DNA of 64,000 nt from assembly GCF_006345805.1 (NCBI RefSeq), contig NC_043016.1, positions 27,032,001 through 27,096,000 of the forward strand, in the 5' to 3' direction. Shown here one piece after another: positions 51,524 through 64,000 of this stretch. Position numbers and translations under genes: made by a program. Every line of letters starts with the position of its first letter. Positions within the stretch are counted from its first letter, which is position 1. The notes below the pieces were generated by a model, which did not search any database, had not been told where the DNA came from, and worked only from the letters and a program-made list of their open reading frames with translations. Source of the DNA: Octopus sinensis. Lineage: Eukaryota.

Positions 51524-52302
51524 CATATAAAGGGTAACTATCATAGAAAACTTACTGTGTGAAGAAGTCTCATTCAACACATACACACACATATGCATAT
51601 ATATATGATGATGACTGTTAAACTGATTTTGAATATAACCACTCATTGATAATCTCAATTGTTTTAACCTTCCTCTATAGAACAATTTGGATAAGGATTT
51701 CAACAGGACCCTGTCTTTGTGTATTAGTCCACATGCATACACACAGATACATATGCTGACATTGGATCTAATAAAAGTAGATTCCTTCTGTTTTTTTCTT
51801 TTTCTTTCTTTCTTTTCTGTTCTGCAACTTCCTTGGTAACCTCACAAATGATACGAAGAAAACACCCAGCATACACTGTAAGGTGGTTGGCATTAGAAAG
51901 GGCATCCAACCATAGCAAAAATACAGCAGGTGGCACTGCACAGCCCCGCAAATTCACCAGATCGTGTCGGACTGTTCAACCCATGCTAGCATGGAAACTA
52001 ATGCTGTTGATGATGATGATGATATTCAACAATATAGTACACAAAAGTACCATAAGGATTCACCAATGACGGTACTTCTATGCAGTTCTTTGATGTACTA
52101 GAAATAGCAATAAAGACTCCCTCAAAACATGCCCTATAATTTTAAAGAATAAAGGGAAAAAGTACATTGGACAGTGTCATCCCAGATGTACATAACGAAG
52201 ATTCTTTGCAGATGAAATCAGCTTACCCCCCACTGTCTTGAAATTGCTGGCCCTGAACTAAAATGTGAAACCATTATTATTCTTATTAAAGAAATCATCA
52301 TC

Positions 52303-52340
<38 letters not shown>

Positions 52341-55324
52341 AGCAACAAACTGCCAGAGTCATAAACATACTGGGGTAAATGCTTAGCAGCATTTTGTCCA
52401 ACTGCACATTCTGAGTTCAAATTCTACTGAGGTTGACTTTGCCTTTCATCCTTTTCGGGTTGAGAAAATAAGTACTAGTTGAGCACAGGGGTCAGTGTAA
52501 TCAACTATCCCACTCCTCCAAAATTTCGGGCCTTGCGCCTATAATAGAAAGGATTATTATTATTAAAGCTATTACATGCTATATTATTTAGTTGGGATGT
52601 TATCCAGAGGTTTAGTGGTAACAAATCTCCTCTAATCTCAAGAATCCTTTTTAGGATTTTTGCAGAATACATGATGGTATTTTCTGTTGGTTGACAACTT
52701 GAGGCTAAATTCTGATCTCTTTCAGTCTCTTAGGCAGCAGTTTGGGAATAATTGTCATCTTAGTTTTTCCACAATCTCTTCATCTCCATGGCTATGTCCT
52801 GATATTTCTCAGTTATTGTTGTTGCTACTAATATGGCTTCCTCCCACTCAAATTTCAGGACTTGTGCCTATAGTAGTAAAGGTTATTTTTTTTATTACCA
52901 TCATCATTACCACCACCACCACCACCCACCACCATTGTGTTGTGTCTCTGAACAAGACACCTAAACTCTACTTATTGGCACCACTGACTTCCTAGCAACA
53001 CCCTTTTTTCTGCTTACCCACCCCATTTACCTCCCTACCATTTCCTCTTATTTCATTCCTCCCACACAAATTCTTCAAATGTATACATTATCCTCAGTGC
53101 TATCAAACTTTAAAAAACAATTCTCTTTCCAGTTTTTCTCTCCATTTCTTTCCCTATCTTTCTTTCTCTCCCCATTTCTCTATTCTTCTTATTCCCTTTT
53201 CTGACACACACACACACACACACACACACACATTATAGGGGAACCTTGGAAGCACCATACAAACATTCCAAATATTCTTTTTGTTTCAGTCATTGAGTTG
53301 TGACCCTGCTGGAGCACTACCTCAAAAAGTTTAGTTAATCCATTCTGAGTCCAGTACATATTTTTAACCCTGCTACTTATTTTATTGGTCTTTTTTTTTT
53401 TTTTTATCAGACTTCTCAGTTATGGTGATGTAAACCAACATCTAATTGCCAAGAGTTAGAAACAAACACATGTATAATGACAGGCCTCTGCACATTTTCT
53501 GTCTACAAAATTCACTCACAAGGCATCAATTGGCCTGGAGTGTATGTGTTTTCTCTGTTTTTAATTTTGATGGGCCACTGGCTTGGTAGCAAGGTTGTGA
53601 AGAAAAGTATCTTCTTTTGCTCATCATTTAAATCTCAAGGTCTTGCAGATTTTTATTGTCCCAGGTGCCCTGAATTATCTGTGTGTGTGAAATAAAATGT
53701 TTGTATATATATATATGAACTTTAGCAATTTTCTTTTCCTACTTATCCCATCAATAGTTTTCTCATACATTTTTCTCTGACATATTGAAAAAGAAGTTCC
53801 ACTCCCTGCTTCACATCTGAGAGTAGGTTAGTTGCAAAGCAGACACACCTCTCTTACAACTAAATCTCATTGCTCCAGCTCACGCACACACACACACAAC
53901 ACACTTCCCTCCTCGTTGTTAATAGAAAAAACGTAAAAAGAATAAAATCTAAACTAATAAGGAAACTATGAGAAAACTATTATGTGCAAGCCAAGCCATG
54001 TCTCTAAATGTACTCACTATTGCATGTTCTAGGTTCAGTTCTTCTGTGTAGTATTTAGGGCTACAAATTGGGCAAGTATGTTGTACTATAGCCCTGGACC
54101 AACTAATGTGTTGTAAATGAACTTGGTAGGCGGAAACTGTGTAGAAGCCTGCATGCGCATGCATGTTTTTTTCTTTCTTTCTCTTACCATTTATCAACCC
54201 TTTGGTTTGTGTAAGTCCCCATAATCTGATGGCTTGGCAAAAGAAATGGATAGAACAAGTTCCAGACTTTAAAAAATAAGTACCATGGTGAATTTGCTTG
54301 ATTAAACCCTTCAAGCTGATTGCAGTCCAATGACTGGAAAACATAAAAGAATAAAAGGGTGGGGTGTACTTAAATACCCTTAAAGCCATGATGATCCAGC
54401 ATGATCACAGTTCAATGGCTGAAACCACTGTAAGAAGAAAGAACCAAAAAAAAAAAAAAAAATGAACAAAGTGTTGTTTTTAATGTAGTCCATTTTACTT
54501 CACACCTGTTGGTTTGGTTTTCATTTAGCTTCTTTGTTATGATTATCCCATATTGGGAACGCATTATCCCTTTCAGCCAACAGTAGCTAGCTTATAATTT
54601 TTTTTTTTTTTTAATGATTTCTTTTTGTACCCTGCCTGCACATTCACTCATTCTAAGCATTGTGGCTGTTATAGATTTATATTGCAAGGTGGGGGAGGGA
54701 TTGAGAACGGTCACATTTTAAAGAGCTGCAAAAAGCTTGGTATGTTGTACCATTGTGTTATTGGAGAGCTAGTTTAGATTATTAATGTAAATATAAAACA
54801 CGATGAATACTCTACTGTACTAGTCATTGGTAATGGTAACTAATCAAACCCGTGGTTTTGTTGTTTTATTATTTTTACAGATTGTATTGTTGTTTGCTTT
54901 ATTATATTTAGCAATAAAATTCAGATAACTTGCAGTTAGTTGAGTAGACGTTTAACTTCTGTAATGTTCTTACACCCAGAGAAGGAATTTGATAGATTGT
55001 ATTGATAGATCTACTATAAGCCACTCTAGAGCTTTGGGAATAGTGTGTATGCCTTGAAAAATGTAATAATATCAGAACAAAAGACATGTATTATAAGCAT
55101 ATTTGTTCATTGTAATTATCACTTTATACCCTGGGTCTTTATTTAGATTTAACTTGCAATAGGTAACCATTAAACCTCTCTGCATTAGGGCAGAATGAAA
55201 TGATTGGGCAAAGCTGTTTTTATGCTGATGATTTCGCATGGCTGACTGGACATTCAGCCTGTTTTGCTGACAATTGCTTTTGGCATTTGAAGCAAAACAC
55301 ACATGCACAAAAACATACACATAC

Positions 55325-55390
<66 letters not shown>

Positions 55391-56991
55391 ATATTAGGGA
55401 ATACTATTCCAAACTTACAGGGAAAAATTCAATTTAGAAATACTAAATCAAATTTCACAAAATATAATATATATATATATATGCTACAATGATCCGGTTC
55501 TTGACTGAAGATTGAGGGCTTTGAATGTATCGACTTCTAAGTGTTTTGCGTTCTTGTCCCAGTTTGTATTTTTCTACATATAATAATAATATATATATAT
55601 ATATATATAATATACATACATAAATTTTACCAATTATATACGTTTTATTTATTATTTTGTATATACTTAATCATTGGTATATGTTTTTATCTTATATTTA
55701 ATTTTTCTCTATATGGTATAATTTAATTTTTCATTGTTGAATTGATAAAAGGTGTTTTTAAAAAAAATTTATATATATTATAATATATATATATATTATA
55801 TATATATATATATATATAAAGAGAGAGAGAGAATACATGCAAACATAGCTAAATGCTCATAAACAAACAGATTAAGACATTACATTTTATTTATTGAACA
55901 CAATAGATATACTTTCTCTCTCCACATACACACAGAGAAACATTAAAACATCTGATGTCAACCAAATCAGCATTGAATTAGCGGCATCAAATAAGTGGCA
56001 CCACAATGGCTGTGCCAAAATGTCTCGTACCCATATCAGGGGCATCAGACTTTGTTTACTTTTGTGGGATGGATTGAAAAAGAAGCTAGATAGATGTCAT
56101 AGGCTAAACAGGATTGCTTATTCTTAAAAAATTCTGTTTATAATGTAGGCTAAAGTAACTTAATATAGGGATCAATATTTAGCACAACACTTTTACTAAC
56201 AATAAAAAAAAAAAAGGATAGAATATGTGATGTCAATAAAGTTTGTGCAATGATGTAGGTGGAAAAACTCCTCTATAAAGTATTTCTGCAGTTTGAGATG
56301 AGAAAGAATTCCTAGTGAGAATGGAGATAGAATTTGTCCCCCCAAAAAGCATACAAATACCAATTCTTGATAGAATCTCTTGCTCTCTACCCCTCCCCGC
56401 CCTTCTTATCACTCCCCCTTCCCCCTTTCACTCCTTCTCCTATTTCTCCCCCACCCCCGCCGCTTGCTGCATATTTCCTCTTTTACAGACATCAATAATC
56501 ATAGATCTCCATGCTAAAAGTCTGAAAGATTCATGATATTTCTTAGGAAAGACACAATAGTTTCTCCGTTGCCTTCTGGTACACTTATAGTTTGCTTTGC
56601 TAGTCTTTTGCTCTTCCAAGATTACTCTTGGAGTACAGGTACTATGTAAATGGTTAATATGACATCAGGCAATATCCATGATACATTTCTAAGGATCAAC
56701 CTTCCAAGTGTTGTATGTTGTTGCCAGAGAACCGTCTTCTGATATTTGACCCCTAACTTGAGCCATTCACAAGGAGTGGGTAGGACTACAACGTCAGACC
56801 TTGGAGTAGCAGTGACCGAGGAGTAACTTTATACTCCTCCAAACTTCTGAAGGTGAGCCTCACTACCAGATGCAATTTAATGTCCTTAATGTTTATTGAT
56901 AATATAAGGCATGTATGGTAAGGAGTTTGTTTCCCAACTGCATTGTCCTAGGTTTGATCCCACTGTATAGCATCTCGGGCAGTTGTGAGTG

Positions 56992-57409
56992 TGTAACAGG
57001 ATGAGAGATTCCTGCACTGGATGGGAGCAGTTCGCATCCTTTACATTAAATATTAATCGAAGAAAGAGTCAATATTTTCAATTAACTTAAACAGTATAAA
57101 TATTTCTTCTTTGATTTTCAATATAACATTTCCTTCCTCTGGGCGAATTGGTAGCCTAGGAGCTTATCGGCAGTAGTCAAGAGGAGTGAGTTAATCCTGC
57201 CCTTTCAGGCATAGCAGAGATGCACCACGAGGTAGAAACTCGATAGAGCTGATGGAGACACGTCTGTCTTGTTCAGCTGCTAGCGTCCAAGAGAGCGATA
57301 CAAGAGAATTTCACTGCTGCTAGTTTTCTGCGCATGCACACGAGGGAACTTCCGGAAGATTCCAACCCTGCGCATACGTGTTGGAGATTTCCAAGATGGC
57401 GTCACTACA
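56992..57409. mobile_element. Solo LTR (418 bp, TG...CA, 4-bp TSD AGTG; Gypsy-like) inserted into a family A SINE
   Basis: ttgtgAGTG|TGTAACA...CACTACA|AGTGgatttgg; removing the insert restores the SINE motif ttgtgagtggatttgg. Confidence 0.88.
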
Positions 57410-57816
57410 AGTGGATTTGGTTGGAGGAAGTTGAAAGAAGCCCACTTTAAACATGTATCTGTATGTTACTGTCTCTTGCTCTGACATCATATGTAAATGT
57501 GTGTCATCATCATGTAAGCATTGTCCCTCATTTCCAATCTTTCATGAAAACATGTCTAATCCTGGAGGATTATCACCTTACTTTAAAACAGATGAGGGTT
57601 AGTGACAGAAAGAGCATCTGACTCTAGAAAAATCCAGCTCTGTAAATTCCGGCCTCTGAGCTTGGAAAAGTGAACATTAAGAAAATTATGAAATGATGAA
57701 GGCACTGTCACAGCAATATTGTCAAGCTCACTTTGCAATCATATGGTTTTAGGTGCAACCGTGTTGCACTTTGGGCAAGTGTCTTGTACTACGATTCCAG
57801 GTTGATCAATGCCTTC

Positions 57817-58146
57817 ATCATCATCATCATCATCATCATCATTTAGCGTCCGTTTTCCATGCTAGCATGGGTTGGACGGTTCTACTGGGGTCTGTGAAGC
57901 CAGAAGGCTTCATCAGGCCCAGTCAAATCTGGCAGTGTTTCTACGGCTGGATGCCCTTCCTAACGCCAACCACTCCGTGAGTGTAGTGGGTGCTTTTTAC
58001 GTGCCACCCGCACTGGTGCCAGACAGAGCTGGCAAACGGCCACGAACGGATGGTGCTTTTTATGTGCCACCGGCACGAGGGCCAGGCGAGGCTGGCAACG
58101 GACACGAAACGGGGCGGTGCTGGCAACGGTCGCGAAACGGAAAGAT
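57817..58146 (-). mobile_element. Young family D retroposon with 8-bp TSD, inserted in an old family A SINE
   Basis: TSD atgccttc at 57809-57816 and 58147-58154; (CAT)n tail; CpGs retained; internal duplication of ggtgcttttta(c/t)gtgccacc. Confidence 0.85.
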
Positions 58147-59941
58147 ATGCCTTCTAAATGGAAACTGTCAGAAACCCTGTCATGAGTGTAATGTGTGCAG
58201 GTGTGTGCATAGATCTGTGTTTATTTTGATATCCCTTGGGTTTGCTTGTCTGAAGTGGTGATAATGTTTACATTTTTTATACTAACATTATAACTGGTCA
58301 TTTTGTGATTTCAAAAAACATATAGAATAAGAAATCTTTCATTTGAAAATCAGATAAAAGTTTGTGACGAGCATCTGGCTGAAAATCCTGCCATAAATAT
58401 GTCCCCTACTGACCTATGCATGCTAACATGGAAAAGGATAATAAACAATAAAAAAAATTATCAGTCATGTGATGGAGATTGGGATACATTTATTTCAGTT
58501 GATTATATACTTCTCCCTTTTAAACTCATGGCTTTGACCAGTGTAGGAAATAACAATTCAATAAAAATGCAAAAACTCAAGGGCATCATTTATCATCGTT
58601 TCTATGCTTGCATGGGTTGGGCAGAGTTCATTGAGGAAGATTCTTATGACTAGATGCCCTTATTATCACCAACCCTCACCTGTTGCCAAGTAAAGTAATA
58701 TTTTTCCATGACAAGACATTTTCTCATGGAAGATTGAAAATGAACAACATTGCTTGTGTGGAGGTGAAGCTCATTTACAATCATCACGTATGCACACACA
58801 CACACACACGCACACAGATACATGACAGGCTTTCAGTTTTCTTCTACAAAAAAACCACTCACAAGGATTTGCCCAAGGTAACCATGCTGTGTGATTGACC
58901 TCAAAACCAAATGGTTGGGAAGCAGCAAAAACCCTGTCAGTGGATTTGGTAGATGGAAACTGAAAGAAGCCTGTTGTATATGTATGTGTATATATGTCTT
59001 CGTATTTGTCACTTCCTCCCTTCACTTAACAACCAGTGTTTGTTTGCTTATGTCCACATAGTTTAATGCCCTGGTAAAAGAGACAGAATAAGTACTGACT
59101 TTAAAAAAAAAGCAAAAAGATTAAAAAAAGGGTTGATTTGTTCAACTAAAGCCATTCAATTTAGTGACCTAACATGGCTGCTGTCCAATGGTTGAAATAA
59201 GTAAAAGATAAAAGTTAAAAATAAAAGATCACTGGCATTTTTATTTTATTGAATTCAAAGAGACAAGACACTAAATTGAAACTAGTTGAGATTAAACTTA
59301 GGATTCCATTGCTATAGTAATTTGATCCCTCTGCCAATTCACAACCCCATAAGCTAAGCTAATTAGTTAATAATCGAACTAGTCATTAAAACAAAATAAA
59401 TGTGTTATGTTGCAATGGGAATTGAGGTCTCCTCTGAAACACTCTTTGTAAATAAATAAATTCAAAATTCTCTGGGGATGTGTTTTGTTGTTAATGGCGA
59501 TAGTTTTGTGTTTTATTGCTGTTAATAATTCTTGACACTTCAGATACTCTATGCTTACAAGAAGAAAAACCAATAAAATTGGAAGTTTGAATGAGCTCCA
59601 AGGATTCTCTTTGATTGAGTGACATATCTATTAACTATTAGATTATGTATGTACATAAGCTGTATCTAGTGTCTATGCAATGTTTACTACTGTTGTGTGT
59701 GTGAGTGTGTATACATATCTTTATGATGTACATACCATTACTATGTGCATCATTTTTGTATGACATGGATGTCTGTCTTGTCATAGATTGTTTAACTGTC
59801 AAATATGTGTGGAGCTGTTTTGTTAATTGTTGCCATTTAGTCTCAAGTCTGTCTGCCAGTCTGTGGAAAGATCTAAGATCAAATATGTTTCCAGCTAGCT
59901 GTGACTATCTTGTCTTTATAATATATGTAAGTGTGTGTGTG

Positions 59942-60945
59942 TAGTGGATTATCCAATAAATAATGCAGTTTTTTTCAATTGCATGAACTAAAAGTCAGAG
60001 GGGAATGGGTTAAACTACCTGCATCAACTTGCTATAAAAGCAGGTAGTAATTTTACTTTGTCTTATTCTTATGGAAGTGACAAAGGAGCATATTTGGTAT
60101 ATTTTGCTTTATGAGTTCAGTAAAGGCAACAATGCAATGGGATGTGTGAGCAATATTAATGCAATATATGAAGATTGGACAATAAGCATATGCCAGTATC
60201 AGCAGTGGTTCCAGAAATTCCAAGCTGAAAACTATAGTCAAGAAGACAAGCCTCGTCTTGGAAGATCTGTAGAGCTAGTTTGACAAGGACATCTTGCAAA
60301 CCCTGGTGGAACAAAATCCCATCGTAACTGCTGAGGAACTAGTAGAGAAGCTTGGATTTGGTCATTCAATCGTTTATCAACACCTGTGTGCCATCAGAAA
60401 AGTCAGCAAATTGGGTCAATAGGTTCGTCACAAACTTTCCAAAGCTAATCATGCATAGAGAGTGAATGAGTGCTCTTCTTTGCTGTCACATCTCACAAAT
60501 GAACTTTTTTTGGGACCAAATAGTGACTGGTTACAAGAAATGGGTTCTCTATAAAAATGTCAAGCACTGAAGACAGTGAGTAGGGAAAGGAGAAACACCA
60601 GCACCCCAGGCTGAAGAAGGTCTTTGCCCATGTAAGGTATTGTTATCTGTTTGATGGGATACAAAAGGTTTAGTCCACTTTGAACTTTTATACCCAAACC
60701 AAATGATAACAAAGGAAATCTACTGCAAGCAGCTTGAGTGGCTTAAGTCAGCACTAGGAAAAAATGACCGTCTTTGGTTTCAAGATGAAAGGTATTCTTC
60801 CATCAGGATAATACTCAGCCACATACAGCAAGGATGACATTCCAAAGGCTGGAGCGTTTGAATGGAAAATGATGCCCCACATACCAATATTCACTGGATA
60901 TTGGCCCATCTGTTTACCAATTATTATTCCACAGTCTTCAAAATA
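59942..60945 (+). mobile_element. Degenerate mariner (Hsmar/SETMAR-like) transposon, 3' truncated
   Basis: MEVTKEHIWYILLYEF..G...WFQKF...EDKPRLGRS; IVTG.KKWVLY; KVLLSV.WD.KG..HFELL; FHQDN..PH; YSLDIGPS (YSPDLAPSD-like); many stops and frameshifts. Confidence 0.9.
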
Positions 60946-61449
60946 GTGACTTGTTGTTTAGATTCCTTGTCATTAGGACTGGTTGTTGTAAGCTTTTAAA
61001 AGCCTATGAAATTAAATACAACAAAAACCAACCTTATTTTGTGACAGGTAGGGTATCTGGCCATGAAAAATTCTTCTTGAAATAAGTACCCCCTCCAATG
61101 TATATCATAGAAAAGTAGATATTAAACGTGATATTAATACGTGTGTGTGTGTGTGACTGATTGGCTCCCAAACTGTTTTTTTTAATGTTTTCTTTAGAGA
61201 TAAGGTGTGATTTGAGAGAGATTTAGCTGTTATTTTTAGCAGGTTGCTGACCTTATAAATGCTTCACCATTGGCTCATTTGTCAGTCAGGCAAACTAGAA
61301 CAAGTTGAGTTAGATGTCTTGTCCGGAACAGCTGTGATAAGATCTAAACTTAAGTTATGTGGTCAATAATCTCTGTTATCTTCACTATTTAACTCATGAA
61401 TTATTGTAGATTAATCCCAGGATTTATTCATTGAGGGATTTTATATATT

Positions 61450-61930
61450 TTGTTTTTGCTCTCCGTGTTCTTTATTAGTTTTTCTTTCCTTTTTCTGCTT
61501 TGTTTTTAATGTCATCCTCTGTCTCTCTGACTATTCTTTTTCAATTTGTTGTATTCATTTCTTCTAGTCTTTCTTGTTTTGTTCTCTCATGCTCTCTCTC
61601 TCTCTCTCTTTCATTCTTTCTACTCTCTCCCGCAGTCATACTATATAGCCCTCTGTTGTCCCACACATACTATCACTCTATCTTTTCATTCTATTTAACC
61701 TCTTTTCTCTTTCATTCTACTTACTCCCACCTTATAATTCCTTCTTTATCTTCCTCTACCTCTCCTTTTGCTTCTCTCCCTTTATCTACTCTTATTCTCC
61801 CTCCCTTTATCTACTTCTCTATCTATCTATCACTCACTTTCATTCTGCTCCTTTTCCTCTTGCTTTCTATACTGCCATCTCTGTTATCCCTCGTTCTTCT
61901 CCCCTTCCTTGTCTTCCACCTTTCTCTCAA
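61450..61930 (+). repeat. Long pyrimidine-rich (C/T) low-complexity tract; smaller ones at 53000-53200 and 56375-56460
   Basis: Very few G over ~480 bp. Confidence 0.85.
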
Positions 61931-63390
61931 ATTTTCGTGATAAGTCTTGAAATTTTTGTTTCTAGTTCAGGTTTAAAATTCCTGTGGAGGAATGATAGAC
62001 TGAAGAAACTGCTGCCAGTGGTTCTAGTTGTTGTTGTAGTCAGGAATGGAGAGATACAACATTTCTGAATCTTTTTTTTTTTTTTTGCTTTGTATTTCTT
62101 TATATATATATATATATATATATATTTCTGTTCAAATAATCAGTGTGGTTCATGTTTGACTTCCCATAGCAAGTAATAAGACAATTATTCTCCAGTCATT
62201 TCATAGCAAACAAAGAAAGTTTCTGTTCAAAGAATTTCACTGGTCAATGAAAGAACATCTGTATTTTCTAGTTTATTTATTTATTCATTGGGTATACAAA
62301 AAAGGACTCCGGACAAAAATTAAGCAAAAAAAAAAAAACTTTTCAAAAGAAAACAACCCCAAAGCAAACCTCATTTGCATATTTAAAAAACAAAAAACTT
62401 TTACACCCTTTTAATATGATAAAAAACTAGTTTAATCCTTGTTTAGCCCCTAGTCCAGCAGAACAAGACATTTCAGCCATGACAACCTGCCATTTTAAGT
62501 ATATTTTTCATCATGAACTACATTACTTTTTACCTTTTTAATTCTTCAGCATTTAAACTGATGATATCCATTCCAAGTAGTCTACATGACTTTCTACCCT
62601 ACCATGTCTTTCTAAAAATAAACTATCACATCATAGAAATCACAAAGCTGTGAGATGATGTAGTGATAAATTCAAAACAGTGCAAATAGACAAGCATTAT
62701 GTTTGACAGGAATCTGAATGCTTTTGATACCAACCTGCCTGAATCCATACTTAGTTCTACCATAAAAGTTTTAGGTTTTAGAGTGATCTCCATTAAACCT
62801 TTTCAAGAAAATTTCATGTTTATGTATGTTCCAAGCACCAACTTCATGAGTTATTTTACTAAATTCTTTATTGTTTTCAAAATTAATTGAAATGAAGCCA
62901 GGTATTTAAATAGAAATATGGAAACAAAAGGGTTATAGTAAGAGTGTGATTTGAGAAATTTGCTTGCTATTTTTAGAGTAGGTCAAAGGACCAAACACCA
63001 TCTAGTTTCCTTTGTTGGTTTGTAAACATGTGAGTGAATATTTGAATTTTAATTCAAGAGCAAACATAAATCCACAAATTGATACAAAGTAAAAGATGTA
63101 CTGGATTAACATTCTTAACTCTTTTGCATTCGGATCCACTCTGTCAAATGTAATGCTTATTTATTCACATTGTATTGAATTTATCCTGCATTATGTTGTA
63201 ACCTTGAGATTTCAGTGATGTGATTGCTTTATGTTCAAAACGACATTCTAGGGCAGGTGTGAGATGTCAGATCTAGTCAGTTTGAACTTAAAGCAAGTAG
63301 AATGTTTTGGCCAGATATGGCTGGTTTAAATGCTAAAGGATTAAAGTGAATTTGTAGACAGAACAGTGCTAAGCCTATCACATGTGTTTC

Positions 63391-63428
<38 letters not shown>

Positions 63429-63429
63429 A

Positions 63430-63738
63430 GCATGTGGCTTAGTGGTTAGGGCATTCGGCTCACGATCATAAGGTTGTGAGTTCGATTTCCAGTGACACAT
63501 TGTGTCCTCGAGCAAGACACTTTATTTCACATTGCTCCAGTCCACTCAGCTGACAAAAATGAGTTGTACCTGTATTTCAAAGGGCTGGCCTTGTCACACT
63601 GAGTCTCCCTGAGAACTACATTAGGAGTACACGTGTCTGTGGATTGCTGAGTCACTTGCACGTTAATTTCATGAGCAGGCTGTTCCATTGAGATCATATC
63701 AGCTGGGACCCTTGTCGTCGTAACCGACGGAGTGCTCC
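63430..63738 (+). mobile_element. SINE related to family B, inserted in (TA)n
   Basis: TGGCTTAGTGG and GAGTTCGATTTC boxes, central domain, tail taaccgacggag. Confidence 0.8.
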
Positions 63739-63773
<35 letters not shown>

Positions 63774-64000
63774 AATTATTAGTTCTAAATCTCTGAACGA
63801 GAAACCTGCAGCAACAGTGCAATAGAGTGAAGCTTATTTGCCAACATAAAGTGGCAGTCCTGACTAGGACCAATGTTGCTGTTATTTAGCACCAGGAAAA
63901 CATTGTCTCCAGCTGGCCATTGATGCACTAACTGCATCCTTATATTTTCAAACAAGGGAGATAGTGTCCCCACTCAGTTGTAAGCAATATCTGTGTACCA

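Larger units (their letters stand above)
16254..64000 (+). other. Large intron of SIPA1L (>47 kb; next coding exon not found in window)
   Basis: Starts GTAAGT. The expected continuation (E/D-H-x-N-Y/F-x-G motif) was not found after any acceptor I checked by eye; the region is repeats and low-complexity DNA. Confidence 0.7.

Noticed and set aside
60071-60283. Domesticated SETMAR-like gene
   Set aside because: Multiple stops, frameshifts and mutated catalytic motifs; no SET exon or splice evidence

Overview
AT-rich, microsatellite- and repeat-dense animal genomic DNA. The SINE/MITE families look like those of Octopus (coleoid cephalopod); this is inferred from recalled repeat families, not from a database search. 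The only host coding sequence is one large + strand exon (candidate acceptor 14451/14452, ATG 14852, phase-1 GT donor after 16253) encoding the N-terminal ~467 aa of a SIPA1-like (SIPA1L/SPAR family) Rap GTPase-activating protein. I could not find the next exon, so 16254-64000 is probably a single intron of more than 47 kb. The rest is transposon debris: several tRNA-derived SINE families, CR1 and RTE LINE 3' ends, a Penelope GIY-YIG fragment, DD37D and mariner relics, TTAA and TA MITEs, a young non-autonomous Helitron and a solo LTR. Almost all ORFs in the supplied track are microsatellite or repeat artefacts. No prokaryotic-type system (CRISPR, operon) is present, and I cannot support a clearly new biological system. 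Best second-look items: a Penelope end carrying a tRNA-like promoter and a decayed hammerhead ribozyme; a perfect 114-bp foldback; a two-donor templated insertion; a solo LTR rich in YY1/ETS/NRF1 motifs; a 3' stem-loop shared between a SINE and an RTE LINE; and a uORF-dense SIPA1L leader with a sarcolipin-like micro-ORF. Repeat boundaries were read by eye and are approximate unless a TSD or TIR is quoted.
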